From Sedimentisphaera cyanobacteriorum (GTDB taxonomy: Bacteria; Planctomycetota; Phycisphaerae; Sedimentisphaerales; Sedimentisphaeraceae), in contig NZ_CP019633.1 of the NCBI RefSeq assembly GCF_001997385.1, positions 2,910,001-2,942,000 of the forward strand: DNA of 32,000 nucleotides. The letters are read 5' to 3'. Under the pieces are notes generated by a model. That model had not been told where the DNA came from and made no database searches. It saw only the letters and a list, made by a program, of their open reading frames with translations. This document shows positions 1-9,623 of the stretch, piece by piece (position 1 is the first letter of the stretch; every line of letters starts with the position of its first letter). Made by a program: the position numbers and the translations under genes.

Positions 1-220
1 GCTGTTTTTTGCTTCTCCATTTTTGATTTCACTTTTTAATCGAACAATTGCAAGTTCAATACATTATATTCCTATGTCTTATCAATAAAAAATGAAATGA
101 CAAGAAATTTTACTTGACGTTTTCTGTAATACCATTAGAATTAGTTCTTAATAAAACAATTTAATTTTCTGATAAGTACTCCTTAAAAAATAACACTACA
201 ATTTCCAAAACTTTCCCAAA

Positions 221-246
221 AGCCGCCTTCTCGGCGGCTTTTTATT
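221..246. terminator. GC-rich hairpin flanked by an A-run and a T-run (resembles a bidirectional intrinsic terminator)
   Basis: agccgcc (221-227) pairs with ggcggct (233-239) around a 5-nt loop. A T-run follows on the plus strand and an A-run precedes it. Confidence 0.45.
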
Positions 247-339
247 TTTCATTTCCCGTTTTAGGGTTTATTGCAATGGCTATATATATTATAATTCCTG
301 CGGATTTCCAAGCTATGTTAATATCTATAGGCGGGAACA

Positions 340-2895
340 ATGGGAAACATAAAAAGAATCTGGATACTTGTTTTAGCTGTTTTTTTCTTTTGCCCAGCGG
401 TAAAGGCTGAGGACAAACGCGTTGACTGCTGGTTTGAAGTGGCCGAGATTTTCGGGTCTTCTGCAAGCGGAAGCATCATAGAAGAAGGCAGAGGCGAGCG
501 ATTCTCAATAGACTACCAGAGCAAAAAAGCTGGAGACTTAAGCGTTGTTTACACCTCAGACAGCGTTCAGGAAAAGGAAATCGGCTTTATGGTTCCCTCT
601 TATTCAGACTTTTGGGATGCAGGGCCGGAATGGCAGCTGCATATCTCAATGAAAAGCAACCACTCCGAGCCAACCAGATGGGCAGTTAGCATTGTAGATA
701 TAAACGGAGGCAAAGCGATCTCGGAGATGGAATCAATCACCTCAGACAGCTGGGAAGAGGTGGAATTCAGTTCAGGACAGTTTAAGCCTTCCTATACAAA
801 ATTCGATGAAACCAAACTGAAAACTTTCCAGATAAGAGCAAGACTGCCGCAGGGCAAGAAGCTCTGGTTTGATGATATATACTTCAAGAAGAAAAACGGC
901 GAAACACTCGGCGTTATGGAAAAAACTATAGACCGAAGGATGGCTGAAGCTGAGAAAACAAGGCAGGCCAGAATAGAAGCCGCAATGCGAAGAGCGCAGA
1001 CTAAATCCCCCAGTTCCGTTCTCAATGCCTACTTCGCAAAGCTTTACCTCGACAGGCAAACCGAATCGATCAACCAGAAGCTTTATATTATATTCACAAC
1101 AAAAAACTCAGCCGTGCGCAAGCAGTTCGGGATAAACCAGCCGTGGAACCCATACCTCGACTCAATGCTTTTCAGGTTCTACTTCACCTTCAACCGCACC
1201 AGCGGCAAATTCAAGCGTCTTACAAGCGAGACCCAAAACGCACTTTTAGATTTGATCTGGGAGCGTAACCGAAGACGCAATGATATCAATATCGCCAAGA
1301 GGAGCAGCTGGGATATAGTAAACAGCGAATCGCTGGACTTATGCTTCAAAAGCGCTGCTCTTTTGAGCTCGCAAATATTCAAGAACCGAATGGGGTACGA
1401 AACAAAGGAGTATTTCGATTCCGGCAAAGGAGGCGGAGCGGGTTACTGGTTCCATATGAACGGCGATATAAAAACATTCGGCCCTCAAGGACGCGCAGAA
1501 CCGGAAGATAAGATCACGGGAAACAGCGAAGAGCATTACAATGCCTGGGTTGAATTTTTCAAGAGATACATCAAAGAGAGGGCAAAGAAAGGCTTTTTCA
1601 TTGCAAACGCGTCGCCTGTTTACGCCAAATACACAATAAACTATATATACGACATTCACGACTATTGTGAAGATGAAGAACTCAGAGAGCTTTGCGGGAA
1701 ATTCCTCGATCTCTACTGGGCAGACTGGCTGCAGGACAGCATAGCCGGCTATCGTGGAGGCGTGAAGATAAAGGATTATGCCGAGCTTGATGCGAGAGTG
1801 GATTCAACTCATCTTATGCTTCAGTATCACTTGGGCGGAGGCGGAACTGCCGAGATAATTACAATCAACCAGCTGCTCTCAGACTACAAACTGCCCGAGG
1901 TTCTATGGGATATGGCCTTAGACCGCCAAGCGCTCGGGGAATTCGAGTATATCTCAAGAAGGCCCGGGGAAGAGGAAAACAAACGCCCGCGTCCGCTGGG
2001 CGATGAGAGAACCTTCCTCTGCGATAAAGAGAGCAGGATAGTAAGATACAGCTGGGTTACGCCCGATTATGTTATGGCAAGCAGGATGACGCACCCGTCT
2101 GCTGTTATGAATCATCTATCCGCATCACCTTTGTGGCACGGGATTCAGTTTAACACCTCCTCGCAGGCAATGGTAACACCGAGAGCTCTGAATATCAAAG
2201 ATGATACAAGCTGGAATTTCTATAAAGAAAGCGGGTATTTCCGTTCTGTGCAGCACAAAAACGTTATGATAACTCAGCAGGCTCGCTCGTACATTTCCGT
2301 TAATCCGGCATGGTTTCTGGAAGAGAAGAACAACGACCTTCCGGTCGGAATACATTTCGGAGAGAAGCCCGAGAGGAAGGTTGAGAAACAGGGCTGGATA
2401 TTTATCGAACAGGGCAATTCTTTCCTCGCAGTAAGGCCGGTACGCAGCTACTACGAGGCCGGCGGAGAATTCGATTATCTCGAAGGCCCGCACGGGCTTG
2501 AGAGCAAACTGGAAAACCGTTCGTACGAGTGGAACAGTTTGGAAAATATCGCAAAGCTCAAATCAAGCCATTCGCCGATAATCTTTGAAGCGGGACGAAA
2601 ATCAAACTACTCTAATCTCACCAAATTCATTCAGCATATTGATATGGCAGAAATTAAGCTGGTAAACGGGATTGTGCCCGAGGCCTATTCAGTGGTTTAC
2701 ACTACGACCGATATCAGCGGCAAGGAAATCAAGCTCTATCTGAATGCCGCGAACAATGAAACGCCTATGATTAACGATGAGTATCTCGATTATCAGCCGG
2801 ACAAGCTTTTCGACAGCCCTTATATGCAGTCATTATACGACAGCGGCGTTACTAACATAATGTGCGGCGGGCGCGACCTTACGCTCAGCTTCTGA
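340..2895 (+). CDS. large secreted protein of unknown function
   Basis: Uninterrupted 851-aa ORF with ATG at 340. The N-terminus MGNIKRIWILVLAVFFFCPAVKA/EDK looks like a Sec signal peptide. I cannot name a family motif with confidence. Confidence 0.8.
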   Translation: MGNIKRIWILVLAVFFFCPAVKAEDKRVDCWFEVAEIFGSSASGSIIEEGRGERFSIDYQSKKAGDLSVVYTSDSVQEKEIGFMVPSYSDFWDAGPEWQLHISMKSNHSEPTRWAVSIVDINGGKAISEMESITSDSWEEVEFSSGQFKPSYTKFDETKLKTFQIRARLPQGKKLWFDDIYFKKKNGETLGVMEKTIDRRMAEAEKTRQARIEAAMRRAQTKSPSSVLNAYFAKLYLDRQTESINQKLYIIFTTKNSAVRKQFGINQPWNPYLDSMLFRFYFTFNRTSGKFKRLTSETQNALLDLIWERNRRRNDINIAKRSSWDIVNSESLDLCFKSAALLSSQIFKNRMGYETKEYFDSGKGGGAGYWFHMNGDIKTFGPQGRAEPEDKITGNSEEHYNAWVEFFKRYIKERAKKGFFIANASPVYAKYTINYIYDIHDYCEDEELRELCGKFLDLYWADWLQDSIAGYRGGVKIKDYAELDARVDSTHLMLQYHLGGGGTAEIITINQLLSDYKLPEVLWDMALDRQALGEFEYISRRPGEEENKRPRPLGDERTFLCDKESRIVRYSWVTPDYVMASRMTHPSAVMNHLSASPLWHGIQFNTSSQAMVTPRALNIKDDTSWNFYKESGYFRSVQHKNVMITQQARSYISVNPAWFLEEKNNDLPVGIHFGEKPERKVEKQGWIFIEQGNSFLAVRPVRSYYEAGGEFDYLEGPHGLESKLENRSYEWNSLENIAKLKSSHSPIIFEAGRKSNYSNLTKFIQHIDMAEIKLVNGIVPEAYSVVYTTTDISGKEIKLYLNAANNETPMINDEYLDYQPDKLFDSPYMQSLYDSGVTNIMCGGRDLTLSF

Positions 2896-2933
2896 TTTAC
2901 CCGGTGCGGCTCTGATTTTCAGGCACACCTGCC

Positions 2934-5564
2934 TTACTCGGAAGCGTCTGAGATCTCGGTCTTTATTTCGCTGAGAAGAGTGATAGCTTCAATTGGCGTA
3001 AGGTTATTCACGTCAGTATCAGCGAGCTTATTCAAGACATCCCTGTGCTTTCGGGAGAAGAGATCCTCCTGCTGGTATGTAGTTCTGTTTCTGCTGAGCT
3101 GTGCTCCTTCGGCCTCTCTTGAAAAAGTGCTCTCAAGATCAGAGAGTATTTCTCTGCTTCTTTTAACAATCCTCTCAGGCAGGCCTGCAAGCTTTGCAAC
3201 GTGGATACCGTAGCTTCGGTCTGTGGCACCCGGGAGAATCTTATGCAGAAACACAACATCATCCATCCATTCCCGTACAGCCACATTGCAGTTTTTCACG
3301 TTCCTGAGCAGTTCTGCAAGCTCCACAAGCTCGTGGTAATGCGTTGCAAAGAGCGTCCTGCAGCCGATATTATTGGCTATGTGCTCTGTTACCGCCCAAG
3401 CTATCGAGAGCCCGTCGTAGGTGCTGGTTCCGCGTCCGACCTCATCGAGAATCACAAGCGAGCGGTCTGTGGCGTTGTTTACGATGTTGGCGGTTTCTGT
3501 CATCTCCACCATAAACGTTGACTGACCTCTGCTGAGCTCATCAGATGCACCGACACGCGTGAAGATGCGGTCAACCACGCCTATCCTCGCCTGCTTTGCG
3601 GGGATAAAGCAGCCCATCTGCGCCATAATAACCAAGAGCGCCGTCTGCCGGATATATGTGCTCTTACCGCTCATATTCGGGCCGGTGATGATCATCACGT
3701 CCCCGCTCTCATCGCCCAGCTCGAGATCGTTGGATACAAACTCACTGCCGAGATTATCCGCTATCACCGGATGCCTGCCTTCGATAAACTGAATCGACTT
3801 TTCCTCGGTTATCTCAGGACGTACATACCCCCTCTGCATTGAAAGAGCGGCGATTGAGCTGATGCAGTCTGCGGCGGCGATTGAATCGGAAAGCCTCTGC
3901 AGCCTTTCCACATAATTCACCGCCTCGCAGCGGATATCATCAAAAAGCTTGTTCTCCAGTTCGAGGCTGCGGTCTCTTGCGTTGAGAATCTGCTGCTCGA
4001 ATTCCTTGAGCCTTTCGGTGATGTATCTCTCGGCGTTTTTGATTGTCTGCTTTCTTATATACTCCTCAGGGACTTTGTCTTTCAGGGAGTTGCTCACTTC
4101 GATGTAGTAGCCAAAGACTTTATTAAAGCCCACTTTCAGATTTGGGATGCCGATTCGCTGAGCTTCCTGAGCCTGATACTCGGCAAGCCAGCTGTTTGCA
4201 TCTCGGGACAGACTTCGAAGCCTGTCGAGCTCTTCGCTGAAGCCGTCAATTATTACGCCTCCGTCTCGTGTGTGATTGGGGCATTCGGGGTTTATCGCCC
4301 GCCGAAGCAGATCGGCAAATTCATCCATCATATCGCAGCCTTCGGCTATTCGCTGAAGCAGCGGACTGGAGCATTGCTGGAGCGTTTCTTTTATCGGCCC
4401 AACTTTCTCGAGAGTATCAGCAAGCATCACGAAATCCTTCGGGCCTGCCCGCATCGTGCTGATTCGAGAGGCAATACGTTCAAGGTCTGCGAAGTTTTTC
4501 AGCTGGCCGGTAATCGAATCGAGCAGGTCTTTGTTTTCTGCAAACTCAGCTGCGGCATCAAGTCTTCTGTCTATATGCTTCTTATCGCAGAGCGGCATTC
4601 GAAGCCATGCGTTGAAAAGCCGCCCGCCCATGCCGGTGCGGGTTTTGTCTATGCTCCAGAGAAGCGAGCCGCGTCTGTCCTCGCTGCGGAGGGTGCGCAG
4701 AATCTCAAGGCTGCGAAGGGAGGTTTGGTCTATCTGGAGGTAGCAGTTTCTCTGAACCACCTTTATCCCCCGGATATGTCTGAGAGTGGTCTTCTGCGTT
4801 TCGTTTAAATATTCGATTACCGCTCCGGCTGCCGGGATAATATCAGAGCCTTCCTCAATCCCGAAGCCCTCGAGGTTTTTTGTGCCGAAGAGCTTTGTCA
4901 GCGTTCTCTCTGCACCGTTCGGCTCGAAATACCAGCCCGGGCGTTCAGTAATAACAGCATCGGTGCGCGATTTTATCTCGCTGATTATTCGTGCGGCATC
5001 ATCGCCGAAGAGCTCGCCCCTTCGCTCGGCTGTAATGCATTCCCTCGGGGAAAGCCGGCATATCTCATCAGCCAGCTCGGCCTCCGGCAGCTTCTGAGCG
5101 CAGAATTTGCCCGTAGAGATATCAACATACGCTATCGCTGCAAACTTCCTGCCCAGATGAACAGCGCACAGGAAATTATCCTCCTTCGCCTCCAGCAGGA
5201 TATCATCGGTAACCGTCCCGGGCGTTACCACGCGTACCACATCACGCTTTACAACGCCCTTTGCTTCCTTAGGATCCTCCACCTGCTCACATACCGCAAC
5301 CTTATACCCCGCCTCGATTATCTTCTTGAGGTAGTTGTCAACCGCATGATAGGGAATCCCTGCAAGCGGGATCGGTGAATCGCTGTCTTTGCCTCTGCTT
5401 GTCAGGGCGATACCCAAAACACGAGAACATATTTTAGCATCTTCGTAGAACGTTTCGTAAAAATCGCCCATGCGAAAGAAAAGCACCGCATCGGGGTACT
5501 TTTCCTTGAATGAATGAAACTGCTTCATCGCAGGCGTCAGTTTTTTATTGTTGTATGCAGCCAA
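2934..5564 (-). CDS. mutS: DNA mismatch repair protein MutS
   Basis: 876-aa ORF. N-terminal mismatch-binding motif TPAMKQF...FFRMGDFYETFYEDA. Walker A GPNMSGKSTYIRQ. STFMVEMTE and DEVGRGTSTYDG ATPase motifs. TTG start per the ORF track. Confidence 0.97.
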   Translation of the reverse strand: MAAYNNKKLTPAMKQFHSFKEKYPDAVLFFRMGDFYETFYEDAKICSRVLGIALTSRGKDSDSPIPLAGIPYHAVDNYLKKIIEAGYKVAVCEQVEDPKEAKGVVKRDVVRVVTPGTVTDDILLEAKEDNFLCAVHLGRKFAAIAYVDISTGKFCAQKLPEAELADEICRLSPRECITAERRGELFGDDAARIISEIKSRTDAVITERPGWYFEPNGAERTLTKLFGTKNLEGFGIEEGSDIIPAAGAVIEYLNETQKTTLRHIRGIKVVQRNCYLQIDQTSLRSLEILRTLRSEDRRGSLLWSIDKTRTGMGGRLFNAWLRMPLCDKKHIDRRLDAAAEFAENKDLLDSITGQLKNFADLERIASRISTMRAGPKDFVMLADTLEKVGPIKETLQQCSSPLLQRIAEGCDMMDEFADLLRRAINPECPNHTRDGGVIIDGFSEELDRLRSLSRDANSWLAEYQAQEAQRIGIPNLKVGFNKVFGYYIEVSNSLKDKVPEEYIRKQTIKNAERYITERLKEFEQQILNARDRSLELENKLFDDIRCEAVNYVERLQRLSDSIAAADCISSIAALSMQRGYVRPEITEEKSIQFIEGRHPVIADNLGSEFVSNDLELGDESGDVMIITGPNMSGKSTYIRQTALLVIMAQMGCFIPAKQARIGVVDRIFTRVGASDELSRGQSTFMVEMTETANIVNNATDRSLVILDEVGRGTSTYDGLSIAWAVTEHIANNIGCRTLFATHYHELVELAELLRNVKNCNVAVREWMDDVVFLHKILPGATDRSYGIHVAKLAGLPERIVKRSREILSDLESTFSREAEGAQLSRNRTTYQQEDLFSRKHRDVLNKLADTDVNNLTPIEAITLLSEIKTEISDASE

Positions 5565-5603
5565 ATTTAGCTTTCCGTTTTGTTTAATTGCAATTCAACT
5601 GTA

Positions 5604-6665
5604 TCATCTGCAAATACAGTAATGTAGATATTCTACCGTGGAGTTTGAAGAATACACTCTTCCGTTATCCGCTTTGTATCGATTGTAATCTTGAGTGAAA
5701 CAGCCGTATTCACCTTTATCAGACATAATTTTTCTTATCTCCTCAATGTTCATAAGACCTTCATTGTTGTAGCTCAAGAAAATATATCTTGCCTTTGCAT
5801 TTTTAATCAGCTCACTGAAAGCCTGCTTTACCCTCCCCCTCACACAGTAGTCAGATTTTTGAGTGCTGTAATCTCTCAGGCCTGTTTTTCCTTTTATTTT
5901 TGGATTATCATATTTTGCTATAGTTTCAAGCATATGGTAGTTTGGAGCATATTGTCTTTGGTTGTAAGGCGGGTCGAGATAAAGCACATCGACTTCTAAA
6001 TCTGATATTATATTTTCCACCTTTTCATTATATACCCTATGCTCCTTATCGTTTAAGAAAAGCTCTGCGGGCTTGAGCTCGAATGTTTTTTGGGCAGATT
6101 TTTTAAGTTTTTTTAGAAACGCACCGTAAACCGAGGCGGTATTTGAGTGGCGGTCGATATTTTCCAAAAGAGAGGTTATGAGAAAGAAATATTCACCCGC
6201 AGTTATCAGACCCCTGTCTTTCCACTCCTCTATCTTGAGGCGGATTGTATCACATTTTTTCGCATTTTCGCTTGAATAATAATTCCTTTCAAACTCTTTG
6301 CCTTTTGTTCCTTCAAGAGAATAATTATTGAAAATAAACCCTTCAACCAGAGGTAAATCAGAAAGGTAATCGCAAACTGCTTTTCTTCTTTTCGGGAGCT
6401 CTGTTTTTTTGATTTGCGGGAAAATACCCTTGAGTCCTTCAAATTCAAGCTCTCGATGATTCCCTATATAATGTTTATTCAGTGCATAGGAATAATATTG
6501 GAAGTCGTTGGCTATAATAGAGTAACCCATTTTTTTGAAATGGGAGCCAACTATGCCTGTTCCTGCAAAGATATCGCAAAAAGTCTCGCAGTCATCTCTT
6601 ATGATTTCTTTTACAGACTTTTCTATGAAAGGCAGTAAGGATTTTTTCGAACCTATATAATTCAT
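5604..6665 (-). CDS. N6-adenine DNA methyltransferase, D12/Dam-like class (FokI-methylase-like N-terminus)
   Basis: 353 aa. N-terminal MNYIGSKKSLLPFI, motif I DIFAGTGIVG, motif IV LYLDPPYN. Lies in an AT-rich cassette with a second methyltransferase and a nuclease gene. Confidence 0.85.
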   Translation of the reverse strand: MNYIGSKKSLLPFIEKSVKEIIRDDCETFCDIFAGTGIVGSHFKKMGYSIIANDFQYYSYALNKHYIGNHRELEFEGLKGIFPQIKKTELPKRRKAVCDYLSDLPLVEGFIFNNYSLEGTKGKEFERNYYSSENAKKCDTIRLKIEEWKDRGLITAGEYFFLITSLLENIDRHSNTASVYGAFLKKLKKSAQKTFELKPAELFLNDKEHRVYNEKVENIISDLEVDVLYLDPPYNQRQYAPNYHMLETIAKYDNPKIKGKTGLRDYSTQKSDYCVRGRVKQAFSELIKNAKARYIFLSYNNEGLMNIEEIRKIMSDKGEYGCFTQDYNRYKADNGRVYSSNSTVEYLHYCICR

Positions 6666-6686
6666 AATTACGCAGCCGAGCTGTTT

Positions 6687-7493
6687 TTAATTTTTCTTTA
6701 ATACCAAAATATATTCGTGTTTGAAAATAAAATAATCACTGTTTAAGGCTCTATAACGCCATATTGTATTCTTATTCTGTTTTGCGCGATTTCCCGCCAT
6801 GTTTTTTACAATTATGCTTTTAAGGGTAAGACCTTTGTTCATAGCTTCCTGCATGCAGTAAAAACCCAAGGGTATCCATTGCCCTTTAGTGTATTTATCG
6901 CCAATAACAATAGAAACATACCTATTGTTTTCAAGAAGAGAGAGGCTGTTGTCCAAAACTTTTGCAAAACGGTTTAGGAATATATCAATAGAATCTGAGT
7001 TGGAAAGGTCTCTTGAGTCATCAGTAAACTTAAGGATGTCATAATAAGGCGGATGCAGTATAACGTGAGAAACCTTATTTATTCCCTTGGAAGCCAAATA
7101 ACCTGCAATCTCAGAAAATGCAGCGAAATCAGTGCTGTCTGAAGAGAGCATATAATGGAAATTCACCCCTGAAAAAGTATTATGATCGGATTCAAAAGAG
7201 CGTTTCACATATTTTACCATATCTGTGTTGATGTCTATGCCCGCAAAGTTCCTGCCCAATGCCTCGCACTCAAAAGCTGTAGTTCCGCTGCCCATAAAGG
7301 GATCTAAAACAACCTCACCCGTTTTAGTGTATCTCTTTATCATCTGACGAGGTATCTGCGGTACAAAATTCCCGTGATAAAAGCCGTCGTGCTTACCTGA
7401 ATTATCCCGCCTTTCAATTATCCAGAGAGAATCTGTTTCTATATCTTCATATTCCTTCCATCTGGAAAGGTCTATATCATTAAACTTTGCCAT
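6687..7493 (-). CDS. DNA methyltransferase (amino-methyltransferase; motif I before motif IV)
   Basis: 268 aa. AdoMet motif VLDPFMGSGTT is followed about 75 residues later by the catalytic-type tetrapeptide HPPY (ILHPPYYD). Its start overlaps the stop of the upstream HTH gene by 1 nt. Confidence 0.75.
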   Translation of the reverse strand: MAKFNDIDLSRWKEYEDIETDSLWIIERRDNSGKHDGFYHGNFVPQIPRQMIKRYTKTGEVVLDPFMGSGTTAFECEALGRNFAGIDINTDMVKYVKRSFESDHNTFSGVNFHYMLSSDSTDFAAFSEIAGYLASKGINKVSHVILHPPYYDILKFTDDSRDLSNSDSIDIFLNRFAKVLDNSLSLLENNRYVSIVIGDKYTKGQWIPLGFYCMQEAMNKGLTLKSIIVKNMAGNRAKQNKNTIWRYRALNSDYFIFKHEYILVLKKN

Positions 7494-7714
7494 TACTCCT
7501 CCTCATCAGCTTGCTCTATCAGCTCTGAAGGGCTAACTTCAAGAAAATCTGCTAATTCCTGAATGTTGCTCTTAACAGGATTAAATTTATTAGAGAGGAT
7601 ATTCGAGAGCTGATTTTTTGATATGCCAAGCATATATGCAAGATCAGTGAAAGTATGTATCTGTTTATCAGCCATGATCTTCTTAACCTTATATCTATTA
7701 ACTTTCACTCTCAT
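7493..7714 (-). CDS. small XRE/Cro-type helix-turn-helix protein (possible R-M controller protein)
   Basis: HTH segment TFTDLAYMLGISKNQLSNIL. The ORF track gives 7493-7807. I prefer the internal ATG at 7712-7714 (MRVKVN...) because the longer version overlaps the nuclease reading frame. Start is uncertain; ATG at 7673-7675 is also possible. Confidence 0.6.
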   Translation of the reverse strand: MRVKVNRYKVKKIMADKQIHTFTDLAYMLGISKNQLSNILSNKFNPVKSNIQELADFLEVSPSELIEQADEEE

Positions 7715-7746
7715 GATATGCTCAACTTTTAATTTGTCAAAATATT

Positions 7747-8415
7747 TTATGAACTTTTGTCGATTAGTTTCTGTAAATTGTCTCGCCATTGATAAGGGTC
7801 TTGCCAAAAACAGCCGATACAGCCTTCAGGGTCATTTTCGCTTTTACCTTCCCAATTTTCTCCGCCTTTATACCAATATTTTATGCCGGGGAAATGGCCT
7901 CTTTTACCTGTTTTTAGACAGTTTTCGCAATGCCTTGATTTCCAAAGATTATTGCTTCTGCTTAGCAATATAAAATTATCTTTCAGTTATTGGTCTGAAT
8001 ATTCTTCAAAGCTCTCCTCATTTTTCGCCCATCTCACCTGCGGGAATTTGTGGTCTATTTCAAGCTCTCTTTCTGAGAGCTGCCTCAGAAGAACCGCTTC
8101 TTCAAAATTATAAAGCTGCTTGATTCGTTTGGCTAATTTCGATGGAATACCGTATCTTGCTTTATTCACTTCCAGAATATCAAGAGATTTCAATTTCCTG
8201 TGAACAGTTCTTGCTTCACAGCGACTGCAATATATCCTTTTGTAAAAATTTCCATTTTCATCTTTATCAAGCTGTACTCCCTTTTCCTGCCTCCAAACCT
8301 GCCAAGTTTTTGCTTGTCCGGATCGAAGCTCACATTTAGAACAATGCCACCTTAAATCAGACATTTTATTAAAATCATCATAGCTTATCGTGCCTTCTCT
8401 GAATGGGTTTTTCAT
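7747..8415 (-). pseudogene. putative Zn-finger/HNH-like restriction endonuclease interrupted by an in-frame TAA
   Basis: ORF 7987-8415 ends at TAA (7987-7989). ORF 7747-7968 is in the same frame 18 nt later, giving ...EEYSDQ*LKDNFILLSRSNNLWKSRHCENC... CxxC pairs occur on both sides of the stop (CSKC, CSRC / CENC, CIGC). An EIDHKFPQVRW ... NNLWKS pattern resembles a beta-beta-alpha-Me (HNH) nuclease. Confidence 0.5.
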
Positions 8416-8445
8416 TAGACCAATCCTTAATATAAAAACGCTTCC

Positions 8446-8474
8446 ATTTTAAGCAAAAAACTACCTCTTGGCAA
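8446..8474 (-). promoter_or_regulatory. sigma70-like promoter for the nuclease/R-M cassette
   Basis: Minus strand reads TTGCCA (8474-8469), a 17-nt spacer, then TAAAAT (8451-8446). An AAGGA Shine-Dalgarno lies about 9 nt before the ATG at 8415. Confidence 0.4.
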
Positions 8475-9623
8475 CTAACTGATAAGGTCGAAGGTGAGTT
8501 TTGGGCGGGCAGTTGTGAGCTGCTGGATGTTTTGCTCAAGACTTCCCTTTTCTGCTGCGATTTTTTCTGTGATTTCAAGCTGGCGGTTTGTAAAGCAGAC
8601 AGCCTCAGATGGGGGCAGGTCTTCCGTGCCGGCGGTTTGGAGCAGCTTATCGCAAAGCTTATCGATATTGAATCCGGTTTGTGCGCTGATTATGATATCC
8701 TCGCCGGATGTGGTGTCTGCGTGCTCGGACAAATCGGCTTTGGTGCGGGCTGTAATCACAGGGCAGGCAAGCCTTAAACTGTCTCTGTGTTCAAGCTGCT
8801 GGCTGATATCCTGAGCTGGATCTAAAAGCCATATAAGCCCGTCGCAGCTTCGGGCTATCTCGAGCGAGCGCCGCTGGGACTGAGCATCTATCCGGCATTT
8901 CGGCTCTGCACACAGCCCGGCGGTATCGATAAATTCAATCTGCATATCCGCTAGCCTCGCCCCCACGCTCACCCAGTCTCTCGTAGTTCCCTGCACATCC
9001 GAAACGATCGCTGCCTTATCGCCCGCAAGGCGGTTGAGCAATGTGGATTTTCCGCTGTTGGGCACGCCCGCGATTGCAATTCTCTGCTTGGCGAAATACT
9101 TGCTTGCGGTTTGGGTGTTATGCAGGATTTTCTCGGCTCTCTCAGCGGCTTCTTCCGGCCGGCAGCTCTGCAAATCTTCTGCCGCTTTTTTGAGCCCGTC
9201 CCCTGCCTGATTTTGTATAATCTCGCAGGCTTTCAGCGAATGGACAAAACAGGAGTAAACCTCGGCCTCGAGCGCGATTGTATTGCCCGGAAAGTGGGCC
9301 AGCCTTTCCCTAACCATAAATTCGCTTACCCCGACAGACTCAGCTCCCGCCTTCTCGAGCAGGCTCACAATCTGCCTTACGATAATCGGGTTGCCGTGGC
9401 AGTTTATATCTATTCTGTCCGAGGCGAGGCAGCCGAGAACCACTTCATCCACCTCAGCACTGCTGCTGTATATTCTGGCAAGAAGGTTTTTTGGCGGGGT
9501 GAGTTTTTGGGGGGCTATTCTGCAAAGCTCTGCGCAGATTCGCTGCGCCTCGCTGCCGAAGAGGCTCACGCACGAAATAGCGGCTCCGGTTTTGGGCGTT
9601 GTAACGGAGGCGAAGGTCATCAC
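8475..9623 (-). CDS. MnmE/TrmE-like GTPase (short form)
   Basis: 382 aa. G1 GVPNSGKST, G2 TTRD, G3 DTAG, G4-like TKAD. The N-terminal domain resembles the MnmE N-domain. The C-terminal CIGK-type tail is absent. ATGA start/stop overlap with coaX. Confidence 0.65.
   Translation of the reverse strand: MMTFASVTTPKTGAAISCVSLFGSEAQRICAELCRIAPQKLTPPKNLLARIYSSSAEVDEVVLGCLASDRIDINCHGNPIIVRQIVSLLEKAGAESVGVSEFMVRERLAHFPGNTIALEAEVYSCFVHSLKACEIIQNQAGDGLKKAAEDLQSCRPEEAAERAEKILHNTQTASKYFAKQRIAIAGVPNSGKSTLLNRLAGDKAAIVSDVQGTTRDWVSVGARLADMQIEFIDTAGLCAEPKCRIDAQSQRRSLEIARSCDGLIWLLDPAQDISQQLEHRDSLRLACPVITARTKADLSEHADTTSGEDIIISAQTGFNIDKLCDKLLQTAGTEDLPPSEAVCFTNRQLEITEKIAAEKGSLEQNIQQLTTARPKLTFDLIS

Noticed and set aside
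1-20. Possible start of a minus-strand gene leaving the window (ATG at 18-20 on the minus strand, MEKQKT…).
   Set aside because: Only six codons are visible and there is no convincing Shine-Dalgarno, so it cannot be supported from this window.
3201-5378. Multiple plus-strand ORFs inside mutS (for example 4272-4808 at 178 aa, and 3201-3521).
   Set aside because: They are antisense to a strongly supported conserved gene and have low-complexity, Arg/Ser-rich translations typical of shadow ORFs.
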